A program made the position numbers and the translations under genes. Shown one piece after another: positions 36,837-51,800 of a DNA stretch of 64,000 bases (position 1 is the first letter of the stretch; the number at the start of each line of letters is the position of its first letter). This DNA comes from Balanoglossus misakiensis (lineage: Eukaryota > Animalia > Hemichordata), in contig CM082578.2 of the NCBI GenBank assembly GCA_040954595.2, forward strand, positions 16,786,998-16,850,997, in the 5' to 3' direction. Under the pieces are notes generated by a model that saw nothing but the letters and a program-made list of their open reading frames with translations, was not told where the DNA came from and did no database searches.

Positions 36837-39800
36837 ATGTCAGGTAGTCAGAAAGCACGTATTTTTGGACGGAGTTTATTCAGTGATAGTAAACTGTTCA
36901 CAGCACATGTCGCTGTCAGGTCACGTGCGTGTAGCCGACACAGGCGTCAAAATTTTGTCGTTAAAAGTACAGCAACCTGTCGTTATAACAATGAATCAAA
37001 TACACTTGGCAACGACAATAATTTTCGCGACACAGCGACAAGGGAAAGCTTATCATCTCCAGAAGGAAAGAAATCAAAAAGACAACATAGAGGGCGCAGT
37101 ATACTAGAAAGACCAGGTGTTCTCAGAGTTGAACATATGAGTCAAGAAGATGTGGTACATCACCTGGCTTCACAAATTGTGTACCAGAAAGGTTCGTATT
37201 ACGTTTGATTAAAAAAAATCTTTATATAAATATAAGGAGGACTTTGTCAGCACTAATCAGACGTGCTTTTGCATTTTTTAATTAGCTTTCTCAGTAAACT
37301 ATTCAGAAATAACTGCAACAAATTTTAAACTTACCACAGATATTGACAACTGACTGTATTTGGCAGTGTCATGTAAATTAACTGCTTATTTGCATATTTA
37401 ACAAATATGGGCATATATGGAACTTTCTTGACCCCTATGTGACCTTTACATCCTGGCATTTTGTTGGTATGAGTTAACCATTCTGAGTTAAAACTCTGGC
37501 ACAGTCACCCATATTTGAGTTTATGCACTGTAATTCATCCTAGAAAAAAAAAATCAAAGTTTGGCTGTTACAAAGTGGTGACTGTTGTTTGTAATGTTGA
37601 ATGATGTATAATGTCATACCAACAAAAGACCAAGCTGCAAGGTCACCCAGGGGTCACGGAAATGGCCTATAAAAATGTTTAATGTTCTTCAAACAAACAT
37701 CTTTGTGGGTTCTATTTTGTGGATATCTAAAAGTGATTGACCCCCCCCCCCCATTGAACATGGAAAAGTGGGTGGACCCCCCCCCCCCCCCCCCCAATTC
37801 TAAAACAGGGTGACCTCCCCAATGAATCCACCCCAGGCCGAAGAAACTGACCAGTCCCTTAATTGGCTTCAGATCATATGAGAAACAATTAGCTGTGAGT
37901 GTCCATACAATCACAGAGTCATGACAAACTGTGCCGTATATCAAATTGATTTTGCATTGTTGCTTCTGACGTTTGATCAATCATGCAACTGTCTGTGAAC
38001 AGGATTAATGTATCTGACTGTTTCTTTCAATAGCTAGGTAATGTTGTTTACTTTACTTCGTGTGCAACCAATGAGTAGTTCACAGCTTGCAAGATGTGTA
38101 CATTGGTGAAAACATATTTCACATCTATTTTATGAAAAACAATGAATGAACCAAAGTCGTGGTGTAAGGATGAAATGGTTTACAGATGCATTTTAATGTA
38201 TTTTAAATATCTCTGGAAGCCTTCAAAATCCCCTGCATTAAAAATCTTCAAAGTCCACATTTATGATAAAAGTGACCGTTTTCCATTGGAAAAAATGGTT
38301 GTGTTAAAAAATTTTAATGAATAAAAACACCCCAGTAGATGCATATGGGGGATAATGCCAAATGGACATGAATATCACTGGTATTATTAATACAAAGTAC
38401 ACTCACATTGTATAATGTAAGACTTTCTGTGATAGCCACCACAAAGATGCACAGAAGCCAAGCAGTACAGTTTATGTAGCCTGTTTTTATTCATTCAAAA
38501 TCTTTGTCTCTCTGGCACACAGTACACATTTTATACATCCAGTGCATCATGCATTTTCCAAGGTCATATATTGTTACCTTATGGCATTACTTAACCCAGT
38601 ATAATGAAATATTGCTATACATGTTGTCATTTATCTTCATAAAAAATTCAAAGTGCTGTGATTGCAGTGATTTCCAACTGCAAAAACAGCTGCATGAAAT
38701 ATGGTGTGATCAAACTTGCACCCCAAATTTGCTTATGTGAAGGGCAGATCTATGAATATAAAAATGGAGAGAAAGCATAGATAAATTTAATCGTGTCTGA
38801 AGCTGTAAATTATGTAGAAGAAAAAAATATGTTGAATTTATTTAACGAAATACACAGTGACCAAGACAATGTCTTCAAGCCTACAAATTGCTAGTCTACT
38901 TTTCTCACATTGGTCACTTCGCTGACTTTCTAAAGTTGGGAAATTTCATATTTTTTCCACTTCATCTTGTGCTTTCAGGTGTGGCAGTATTTATTGAGAA
39001 AGGTCATAATGTTATTGTAAAGTTACGACTCGATCACTTTCCTGCAGGAGGTGATTTTGACAAATTTATGAACAGTCTGGTGGTTTGTCTCTTTTTATAT
39101 CCTGTTGCTATGTATACCCCTGAGTAGTTAACTATGAGGTATATACATGTAGCTGTGGTCACTCACAGCGCATAAATTGTCAGCGGTGATATCAAACACG
39201 GTCTCCTAGTTCTCTTACATAAAGGTATCGGGAGAGTATAAATAAAACACGATGTTATCCATAAATTCTTCTTTTCAGATGGCATTATTGGCCTAAATAA
39301 ACCAGCGGGAATGGGAATACATTCTGCAAGTAATCAAGATTCAAGGAATGCAGTAAATCTCCACGATCTTTTACCCCGCCTCAGCGAATTGCTTGGAGAA
39401 CAGCACATCCATTTTGTGAAAGCACCAGAAAGGTTAGTCATAATCAAAAATATTACCGGTAATTCTTCAAGATTTACGGTTGTCATATGAATCTGCTCCC
39501 CAGTTGCACTATTCTCAGGGGTGAGTAAATCCTTTGGCCCCGAGCTCATGGGATCTGACTAACCCTGAGTGACTAGAAAGTTATTTGGTTTTAACACTGA
39601 CTTTGAACCGGTCAGGCTCGTTGAAACCGAGGCGGCTGTATTAATCTTTTTATTTTGCTGCCGGGCTATGAAGAGTATAATTTTGCTCACCCCTGATTCT
39701 GTTCTGTGTGAGAGACGTGCATGATGCACTGTTTTATTCAAAACCTAATTAAGTAGCGATAATATTCCACCAGGTGTTATCTCATTAATATTCATAAGAA

Positions 39801-42800
39801 TGACAAAGGTATAAAAGAAGAACAGGGCAAAAGAATCTGTGTCATTTCCTCGCACAGGGAAGGGCAGAAGCTACAAGGAATATAACAGAGGATAGTGGGT
39901 AAGAAATGGCCTTAAGGTAGAGGGCCAAAGGGAATGTTGGACGGATAGGCACTAGTAGTGAGGGGCAGTCACCCTTATCAACTTTTTCTGTCAAACTTTA
40001 CGACAAAGACTAGGAAAACATCATGCTTTCTCAGGCAAAGAGCATTTAAACACAGTGGATGCACCACAAAAGGATGTACATGTAGCTCAAATAATGACAT
40101 TGCTATCCGTGAATGCTCTGTGTGTGAGAGCAAAAAAAGCTGCACTTTCGTTGAATCGGAAGTCAAACAATCATGCGGTTTGTGATGTTGTGAAGGACAG
40201 GTGAAACTATCGGTGATCTGCCGCTGATTTAGAGATATTAAAAAAGGGCTTTCATCTCACATTGGCCTGGGAATAACATTGAAGTAGCCACATAAATAAC
40301 ATCAATATGGTCGTGGTCAAAAAATGGTAGACTTTGAAAACATTTAACATATCCTCAAGACATTTCCTGCTGGCAATAATGGCAATTATACTTATGGGTA
40401 GAAGAAAACCAAGTAAATACTGTAGATGATATCAAATATTGTTTGTGCATCACACACTGACATACAAGCCGCGGTAACAGCCGGCAAGCAAGATGTCTTC
40501 AACAGGAAATAACTATGATTACTCTATGATCTGTATGCCACAAGAATTTACATAAAGTGTAATGACTTTTGGGAATAACATGCAGCACTTGGGCAGAGCT
40601 CAACGGGCACTTGGACCAATATAGATCCTGATGATCCCCAAGATTTTCTCCTATAATCTTTTTAGTGCACCCGGGTAGATCAGTTCAGGTCATTCCAGTT
40701 CAACGGTGGCAAGTTCACTAGCTGTCACCAAAATTTGCCTGACCTCCCCGGAGAATTCCATAAATCTTGAGTTCGGTGTTGGTTTGGTCATAGTTGGATT
40801 TGTTTTAACTGTCAACATTTCAATCGCAGGGACTTGCAGGATTTATACTTTGCGATTGGCTGAACGGATCGCTAAAATATGTATTTGATGATATCTCCCA
40901 CACTTTCTCAATCTTCAGGGAGTGTTCCGGGGTTACGTTATTAGCCACAGGTCCTGGTATTGCCGCTGAAATTGATCAATCATTGAAGAAAGCAAGAAGA
41001 CAAAGTATTTTGACCAGAAGATACTGGTGAGTCATTGCTAATTTATTCATTATTACAGAAAGATAATGCATATGTTATTTCTGTGTTGATCAAAAAGCAA
41101 ACTATTATAATCTACATTTCTTGAGTTGTTGTATGCAGAGACAAAGAGAAGACACAACATGTAATCTGTAGATGTAGGTTTCTGCAATAATATCGCTGTC
41201 TGTGAAATATCATATCTCAGAAAAATGAAATTTACTCCCTGAAGGTCTTGTGCTATATTTACAAACACATTGAATGATCATGAAGAATTTTGGACAAAAA
41301 AACTGCAAAATCATTCATTGAAAATAGCATTATTGACCTCAAAAATTCCAGGAAAATCACTAGAAAAACTCCTGACATGTCAATTTTGAATGACTTTGAA
41401 TCCTGTAGTTGCCACAATTTGGATTACATGAAAGTGAGCAGTCTATTTGATTAATCTATATTGTCTTGGGTATAGAGAAATGGCTGGCTACAGGGATTAT
41501 CATTAAAATGTCCAAAATTCCAAATCTGTGAATAATGACGTTTAAGCACTGAGTGATGCTGTAGTCCCTGATGCTTTAGATCTTAAGACGAGATACATGT
41601 ATCGCCACGTAGCCATTACTATGCATGTTGCTGCAGGTAATGTCTGCCAGGCCAGGCATGTATAACTCTGTCTGCATGTAATTGCTTTCCAATAGATAAG
41701 CCAGTTCTTAAAACAAATTCAATATATGGGTGCACCGACCGCCGTGCAAACACTTAACCTCCTTCAGTGGCTTAAGAACTCGCCAAACTCTACAACTATA
41801 AATGTACATCACTGCCATCCTAGTCTTATGCATGTATTGGTACCATACAACATATGGCCCATTCACAGATTCTCTGCCACTGTAGTGCAGCATTGCAGGG
41901 CTTGCCCTGTGGTGCACATGGCATGCCTGCGAGAATACATTCTTAGCAGGATCCCATTTGCATGGCAGAGGAAGAGAATAAATCCCGCTCTCTGAAGCTG
42001 CAGGTGTTTTATATATATAATTGTAACTTGGTAGGAAGCTAAGTGACTGAGTGAAGGAAATGTCTCATATATCATTTATTATCACAAACATTATACATGT
42101 ACCGGTACATACAAAGTTACAGTGAAATGAGTTTCATCAGACATTAGTTTGTCTAATCATGCATTATAAATGTTTTCAAGTAAACCGCCAGTTTCATTAC
42201 TTAGAAACATTTTGTTTACTTTCTAAAATACTGACATAATACATGTACTCTTACAAAATATAAATATCTGTGAAATGATTGATAAACATGAAGGAGTTGT
42301 CTTCTTCTTCAAAGAAGCAAAAATAAAATAAAAAGGGAAACTAAATCTAATATAATTTTTAGACAGTTCTTTCCGTTGAAATATCTTTTGGTGTAAAGAT
42401 GAAACACAATCGAACAAGTCGATTCTTTGCCATATTTATTGCTACAACTTTTGCTTTTACTGGTACATGAGTCACTCAAGTCGAATCGATTAATTGATCC
42501 AGTCAACGTGCCTTGACACAGATTCAGGTTATTATTGGACTGAACTGCAGCAGTACAACTTGAACCCACAATACTCGAAGCAATTAGATAAACTAGATGG
42601 CCTTCTGATCATTGCCAACTTGAAAAGAGATTTGCTTGATGCAACATAATTGAATAATGCCGAGTGCCCTCACCAGAGAATGCTTGTTATCAGGCCAGCT
42701 TCAATGAGCGTAACAAATGACTACTTGCACTAATGAAATTTCTTTTGTCGCAGCTGTAGTATCATTTCAGAGCTTCCCCCCTGTGAATCATTTTGAGAGA

Positions 42801-45800
42801 CATGACACAGAAAATTACTCCCTTAGATAGAAGTGACAGTGTAGAGTTAATTTCCATCAGGGATTACACAATAACATTATTCTTGTGATTAATTATATTA
42901 TTATATTTGTTTATTTCAGACTTAATACCTGTCCATGTAAATAAAGAGTATATAATATTTTAAAAATATAGATAATAAACACACAAGCTAAACCTAGCTT
43001 TAGAGAAGAATTGTGTGCCATATTAGAGCTTACTATCACAATTTACAACTGATTAGCTGGCTGTGTGTGAAGAATAGTGATAACAAAAGATAATGATGAC
43101 ACCCAAGTCAAAGGCGAGACAAGATTCTCCGTGAGAATCACTCCTCCTCATTCAGCATATGATACCCACAATGCTGTGCAAAGATATGACACCATTTCGC
43201 AGAAATTCAACCCATTTCTTCTTCATAGTTCCAAGCTTCGTCATTAATTATCAGTGATATTAAACTTCCAAAGATATACATGTTCGTATTAGTGCGTAAT
43301 TAGAGGACATCTGGCCATTCATGTTTTTTGAAGTCTGCAAATTAACATTACTTTTTTTGGCTGTAATCAATGTTAACATTACAGTGTGCATTTGAATTAT
43401 GAGAGTAATTTAGATTATATTCTGATATGACAAATGTGAAAATCGAATGACATTGGTGTCATGCTCTGGAAGTGTACATAGGCCTGTGTAAATTATATTG
43501 CGCAATATACATTTTCTAGATATACCGCTAGCTATAGACTATCAAGATTGAGGTGTGCACGCACTGATATGTTATCTGAATTTCTTTCAGGGCAGTAACA
43601 GTTGGTGTACCAAAACCACTGAAAGGTAAGCCCTACACTGATGCAAATTTCGTCAAAGTAGCAAGCCCCAAGCAATATGGGCACACATCCAAATTTTATA
43701 TTAAGTCGCCTTGCAGCATCAAAGGCACACACTTCACCATCTTCCATGGCTACACAACTTTCCAGTGGGTGAGTAATAAAAACAGATAAAATGATGATGG
43801 CACGACTATAATTCTGAGCGAAATGAGTTTTCTGCGTTCATTTGTGATCATGCCGACCAGCATAAATTTTGAATGGCTTCTTTTGTCTGCACGAATACAA
43901 ATAATGGCGTTGCTGAAAAAAAAGTCTTAATATCATATCATATTATATGCCCCCCCCCCCTCCTGAGTTGTATTGCCATCATGCTTAAGATATATCAGCC
44001 ATTAAATTAAGTCTTAGAGTGGTGATATGCAGTAGAGTTGTTCACACCAAAATTTGTAGATTTTATTTGGTCTGTAGTCATATGCTGTACCGTACATATC
44101 TGGACCTATAACACATTAACACCAAGAAGCTCTGCAAGGTTGTTTTTCTTTTCCTTTGAAATGTAGCGACTCGGCTACTGTGTTCCTTAATGGAAAAAAA
44201 TGATTTGGATAAATCCAAATTCTAAAGAAAGATGATTTATGACTTAAACGTAGATGACGATGATAAGCTCATGAGGTATGAGTATGCCTATTGAGTGATA
44301 TCGCAAGAATTTAATGTTTTTTCATAAGTGTAAAGATAATCCGTATGACATAAAACGGGTAATGTTTCTTCAAAGTAGAGATACAAAAATCAGTTAATTG
44401 TCTACGAGTTGGGCTTTAAAATATAAATTGTTGAAGTTTCATGAGGTGCAGGTTTATGCGTAAATTTCATGATTTTATTTTCAATGTAAAATTGATTCAT
44501 ATACTTACTGAAGGATGAGAGTATATAAGGATGGTACAAATAGGGAGGACTCTCAAATATGGCTGAGCTTTCACTTTACCACTGGTTATAATGGATAAAA
44601 TGAAACCAGGGCACATGCATGAATCAAAGTATCCCCCCCCCTCCCCAGAAAATGATATCATCTCCATCACAAATCAGCATCGATGTGATGGGGATGATGT
44701 ATCGCTTTGTCACCCCTCTTTAAGCAATCTGACCCGTAATGCATTTCCTTGTGAAACTGTGTCCCAGGGAATCTTTGTAAATGTTTGGATACTTCCAAAG
44801 TCAACTCCACTTGATTGCCAGTGGTCTATTATGCATGTGCCCAGAGATTGCTCTATTTCCCCCATGTATAAAGTCCATTTTCCACAATTACACACTCCAC
44901 AGACCTCAAGTTGAATATGATAAAATGGGATTTTAATGCCCCTGGAAGTGCATCTGAAGCATTTCACTGTCCCCTGAAAAAGATCGCTCCTAAGGGTTTA
45001 TTTCGATCATCATTTTAAATGTGTGAAACAAAATGACACAAATGATAAAGCTGTAATATGTCAACCCAATTACACTGATCAGAATCATTGTATTGTCTTA
45101 ATTAGTCTCTGCATTTAATCAAACATCTGTCATGTAAAAATAATTGGGTGATAAATGAAGAGTGGTATCATGTTTGGCAGTTGTATAATTCTGATGTATG
45201 ACAATTTACGTCTAGCTGACAATATTTTGTGGGGATAATGAAATGAAAAATGGGCAGCCTTGTTATAGCAGTGTTGAAATGATGGGATATATTAACACTA
45301 ACTGCTGTCCTCATGAATTCCCCTTGGAGGATTATAACTTATACCACATATTGATATCATACCACTGCTGCTTAGCAAGGATGAATCTACAATTGTAGTG
45401 TTTAATTATCTTTGCAATCAAGTTTGTGTACACACATTAAACAAAAAGACGACATTCGATCGTGCTTCAGATGGTCCAATGCGATTGTTTGCATCTGTTG
45501 TACACAATATGGTACAAAAAACCATTGCGCATAATCTCCAAAAAATCAGACAAAAGCCTAAAATTGTTCGTTACTATAGGCACCATCATATTGAATGAAT
45601 ATGTCACTCTTCTCTTTCCTTAATTATCACACTGTGATAATCAAGGTCACCATAGCAAAGTTTTCAATCGAAGAACCAGCAGTACGATTTGATATTCAAA
45701 ATGGCTGCCAATAAACTCTCGCCTGCAGCATATCATGAGCAAATTCTGAATTATTCATTCCTTAATAGCAAGATGGGGGTGAACACCTTCATTTCTTGTT

Positions 45801-48800
45801 CGCTTTCAGAGTGGTTCCATGAAATTTTAAATACCGCACTGAGCAAAGTGTGGCAAGTTTGAAGGCCTTGGCATTTCTCTGAAAATCTCTCCCCTCGGAG
45901 CAAATGTATCTTAAAGAGAATTACAGCGGTCTTAATTCATTGCATAGAAATGAGTCCGTTTTATTATGAATTTTATAGCAAGAGTTTGCATTGTGGCAAA
46001 ACAGATTTCAGATTAGTCCAATATGAATCTTCAAACACACAATTCTTTCCATGAGTAAATACCGCATATGAAAATATGTGTTCAAAGGAGAAGTGACAAT
46101 TTGCCGCCGTGCAAAACATATCTTCAGAATATGTCTGAAAGAAATTAAATTCCAAAGAGGCATTAATTAATTATAATGCCGTGAAATTACAAAGGAAAAA
46201 TCTCATAAATGTGTAATATTGAAACGCAACTTCAAAGAAGCCTTAATGCGCTGTTGTAAAAGTTGTTATTAATGTGTAAAATGAAAATCAACTCGCAGCA
46301 CTGCAGCTTTGGGTATGTATAGAATCTTATCAATAAATTATAAAGAAAGAAAAACTGAAGTGTATTGTTCTGAAAGGAAAGGAATCCTTGAATGTATCAG
46401 AAATTGAAAAAAAGAAATGAATGCTGTGACTTTGCAAACATTGGTGGGTCAATTTCCATTTGGAAAATTGGCTATAAGTATAAACAGCACTACACTTGCA
46501 GAGTTCCCAGATTGTCCCGTTGAGACCATGCATCATTTATAGATATGAGAAGTCAATTAGTTTTCCAATTTCAGAGTCGGACTGGAAAGTGTGGAATTTG
46601 CAGAGTTTGCTATAGGGGGTTTCGCAATGAATTTTGAATCGGCTGCACCTGCTCACGAGGTGCGATAATGTTTCGTCTAGTTTAGTGCGTGTGATATGTG
46701 TGACTTAGCTGTCGTGGTAACCGTGCATGTTTGTGTGTGGTAGGGAATTTGCATTTTCAGTTGAGTGGCCCTTGCAGAGAAACGCCAGCTGATCAACTCG
46801 GCCATTCAGATGACATGTTCAGCTCAGTGACATGTGCAGCTTTATTGTTAACCTTTCCACGCAGAGCGTTTTGACAGTTCCACCTCTTTTCCCCCAATTC
46901 AGCGTACGGTATTTGCACATCATAAATTACAGCTGCTAGTCCAGTGGATGGCCAGGATTTATTTACCTCTGACAAGTATATGATTATAACCAAACACACA
47001 CACAGGTTGTGAAAACTAAAAAAGATCTGCAATGAACATCAAATGATTTATAGAAAATTTGCCCTTGTGTTTGTCCCACAAATTTCTCCCAATGTAATGC
47101 TGGACTTAGCATGATGGGCAGTATTACTATTTGGCAAAGATTCATTCACCATCAGGAAATTAGGATACAAATTATAAATAGCTCTGAGATTAGGGCGATC
47201 AAAAAATAGGCATTCCTTAATTGAAAGAGAAAAATCGGGCCGGACAGACGGCATTTTGTGGATCAATAGCGCTCCTACTGTCAGTGATGCTTGAGATCAG
47301 TGTGAATGCCAGGATGCCAATACCAGCTGTAGCAGAGACTCCCATATGTTTATCCCCCGTTGCTTCAATTCCTACCTCGGCGATCTTTGCGGTTTACGGA
47401 ATGAATGAAATCCAATCTCGCTTCTTGAACATCTGGATATATCGATGCTTTTAGTTGAATGTAGGTATTAACTACGGCTGATTTGCAATTCATGAAAAAT
47501 GATCGGGAGCTTACAAATTTCAGCACTTACAAATTTCAGAACAAAATGAGAATATCACAGTGGTGAGGACGCAATGGGAATTGGTGAAGTAAATTGGCTA
47601 CCTTATTACCGCCACTCAATACATGAAATGAAATATCATAGCCACATTACTTATTGTATATGTGCCGAGCAGCTCTGAATAATTGATCAAAATGCTTTGT
47701 TCTCATTTTGATTGCCAGCCAGGGATGATTTGATATGCCAGTAACTTCAAATTGAGACGTGGGTTCCATTACAACACAAAACAGCTGAGACACGGCGGTT
47801 TTACCGCTGTATTAAGGCATATTTGATTAGATTCTACTCCAATAAACTGAAGAATACATACAAGAAAATAGCGATGTTGTATTAATTGATAGTCTACACA
47901 ATGCAGAAATGGTAACACAGTGCAGTGAATGTTGCCAACTTAACATATGGTGCTATGGGAACTCTCTCCCTCCCCCACTATATCCATCAAAATCAGACAA
48001 AATGCTAAAGGCCACACTATCATTTCAAACCAGGCCAACAGAAGTTGAAGCCACTCACAATATTATGCTGCCTGTCTGAAATATTTCATAACAATGAGGA
48101 ATATGATCACATTAGAGATATGCTAACATAATTCCATGGTTACCAGTAGAGATAAGAATTGCATTCAAGACCCTTTTCAATCGGCCAAGCTAACGTACAA
48201 TGTACGTGGTACACCACACAGTTGTTACTCATTCCATTAATCATAATAATCATAATTTATCACCATAATTGCACAAACCTGGTCGACAGTCTCTGTTTTG
48301 ATATAACTCATTCAAAACATATTTCGTGACAGTTTCTATCCTATATGCCCCAGCCATGTCGAGAGTTCAAACCATCTGCAGTTATACATACAGCAGAAAG
48401 TCCTGTAAAATCGAATACTCCTGGACTATATTGCCATCATAAAATGACATAAAGATGATTGTAAAAACTTCTGTAGAACTATTTCATGAAATGCTAGAAA
48501 AACTGACTAAAAATCCTGCAAATTTGAATGACTTCCAGTGTTGGAACCTGGATATTAGGATATTCAAATGCAGTAGAAAACCCTGTGTATGTGTTCGCTG
48601 TTTTCAGTAATATCACACTTCTTTTGGTTTCATTTCAGGGGTGATTGACGTTGCCATAGCAGAACAACTAAGTGGCGGGCTGCAGATGGTATGTATTTTT
48701 CTTATTTCCATGCTTACAGAGCTAACAACAATATCTCCAGATTATTTGACACCAGGGACAACCACAGCAGGCTAATCTGACGCGATTAATCCCCAAAATG

Positions 48801-51800
48801 AACATGTAGACAAATGCATACTCAATTTTGCAAACTCATATTATTTACACATTCAAACTATAGCCTGTACAAAGCCAATTTAAGATTTGAATTCTTCACA
48901 AAAACTGTTTGATTTCAAGCCATCTTAAAATGTTTCTTATAATGTTATAGTTCAGTGGATGAAATGAGAAATTTATTGCTTAAATGGTTTATCGAGAGAT
49001 AAATATTCTGCCTTTAATCCCCCCCCCCCTTCTCAGCACATGACTTTCCCTTTTCCTGGAATATTCATTTGTGACTGTAAACATCTTTTGTCAGCAGTTT
49101 GACCTGATCTTGATCTTGCCAGGCATGTGATCAAGATCTCGAGAGCAAATCATACGCTTGGGTAAATTTGTACCAGCCACAGGCTTTATTATACAAAGAG
49201 AATAACTGACTCATGGCCAAAAAACACTGCAAAGAAAGACGTCACAGGTTCTGTTCTGAGTTGGAGAACTTGGAGAAAAAGGAAGATCCTTGACTTGATC
49301 TTTAGATCACTGAATATCAAGGTCTACACCACATTAGGTGCATCATGTCGATCACTACGACACAATGTATCATATGGATTTACAGAAAGTACAAATGCTC
49401 TACAGGGAGCCTATAATTCAAAAGAGGACGTGCAAAAGAGGCATGTACTGCACATCTGTATTACCAGTATAAACAGCCATTGCACTACAGTCATCTATGC
49501 AAATTTATACCACTGTTACCATGGAAAACTGCAACATAACAATCACAGATTTTCAGTGGGTGGCGCAAAGACTACAGACATGCTCTTTTGATGGGCAAAA
49601 TTATGTACATTAGAGGTGACCATATACGGTACTTTCAAGGCGATACACAATTAATGTATGTACCAATTAAGGCTATAAAATTATTGGGGAGAATTTCAGA
49701 ACAGACACACCTCAGTATAGCCACTGGTACAAAACTAGTGCTTTTAATTGCAAAAAATAAAATATACCCAACCAAGTTTATAACTTATCCCCATTTACAC
49801 ATGAACATGCATGTCAATTTCTCACTTTCTCCAGGTTGTTGTCAAAAAAGATCCTTCAAAACAAAGCATCAGCAAAGGTCATACGAAGAAGACATTGACG
49901 CAATATAGAGTGTTGGACCACAACAACCACTGTGCTCTAGTAGAGTTACAACCTCTCAAAGGTATGTCCAACGTAACTCCTATTTTTGAGTGAAGGTGAC
50001 GGCAAACAGAAGGTCTCAGGCAAAACAATTATTTACACCTTCATTTCAAAACTTGGGAAAAGGCTAACTTAATTTGGGACGAAATTTGTATCTTTCCCCA
50101 CTGCAAATCTAAAAGCCAGGATATCATGCCTGGGGGCGGGTGTCATTCATACTGATAGATTAAGGGTATTTTTGGATGTAACATTATAACCACAGAGGCA
50201 GCATGTTCTAATTTACAGACGCGCTTCCTTCTAAACTATATGTACCAGTAGGCATTTGCAAACATATTGTCCAAACCAAAAAGATGAAGATGCCACACCC
50301 CATTCATCCAGATATTATACCTGGAGCAAACATTTAATAACCAGAATATGTCATCTATATAGAATATTCTAACAATGGCGTTGGATCAAACTACGGTGGT
50401 GCAAGGGTGAAGCAACTTGATTTTCCCAGTTAGAATCACTTACCTCAGTATGTTGGATTAAATTTCCAACTTCGCCATCCCTTGGGCTGACTCGGCCACT
50501 GAGTGGGTAATTCCAGCGCACACAAACAGCTGCAACTTTCACCAGGTTAATTAATTACTTTTAAACGTGTAACCCTCCTCACAAATGTATCCGGTCTAAC
50601 ATGTTTGGCTACACGTTCTGGTATTCTTGTCACCATGAATTTGAAATGTCATCCTTTTACAAGAAAAGTTACAGGGTTTTAGACATGCCCAGGGGTAATG
50701 CAGGGTTAGGGCAAAGTAATTAAATTCTGGATAGTGCGGTCCCAGTGTGTAATATGTGTAGGGTTTTGGGTGGATTTCCTGATCAGCACTTGCAATGCTT
50801 CAACTGAATAAGTTGCCTTAAAGGGACAAAATTGCTCCCCTTGGATATATTCTCAGGTTATTTTTAGTTTGTGTGTGAGGATTTAATAATGTTTTTCTGT
50901 TAACTGATCTGAACTGAACTGCATATTCTGACTTACCTGTAATTATAGAACTCCTTTGCTCATTTATTTATAAACACTACACTAACATAATTTCTTTGAT
51001 CATGTGCTCCATGGCTGGAAAAGCACCTCCCCCCCACCCCACCCCCCATTCATGCATTTTTAAGAGTACCATTCCCTGGACAGCCTGATTACAAAAATTA
51101 TTTATATCTACGGTATACCGGTATACTCAACGTATATCACCTGACCTACTTGTGATACAGATTGACATTTTGTAGCATATGGAGACTGTGCTGGTACATG
51201 TATCCTGAAAGTCACAGTAAATTGATCTTTAGTATGCTTATTATAACTCATAAAAATTGCTTAAAAGGCCTACAAATGTATGGTAACTATCATAAATTTC
51301 CATAGAAACCACATTAACTACGAACATAACAGTTTTTCACAGTCTAATGTCACAGTATATTTGATAAATAGCACTTAATTTACACTCAAGTACCTACAAA
51401 GAAAATGTACTTTGCTCACAAAGTTTCCATCAGTCAATTCTTTTTTCACAAAAATTTCACTTTTCTCAAAGTGCTTGGACAGACAGCAAAGCATATGTAA
51501 GTTGCAAAGGGACTGTAACATACATTTATGGACATTTTCCATTATATAAATGTAGAGGTAGCCACTAACACGGGTTAGACTGTACCTTGGTTTCATCGTC
51601 TGCTTGCTGTCAGGAGGGGAGTGGCTCATGATTTTTAAATTACTGCAGTAATGTTGGTGTATTCCTTGCTAAACACTGTTAAATGTGAAACTTGACCGCA
51701 CAGTATCAATTAACCCATTTCCAATGCCTTAATTCCTTAATAGTGTGTGAAATAAAATAGGTGATCACGCTTAGTAATTGGCCCCAGGCAACCCTTCAAA

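Noticed and set aside
40690-40860. Minus-strand CCAAT and TATAAA followed by a 42-codon ORF in an RPUSD3 intron
   Set aside because: The CCAAT-TATA spacing is too short, the predicted start site would fall on the ATG, and the peptide resembles nothing I recognise.
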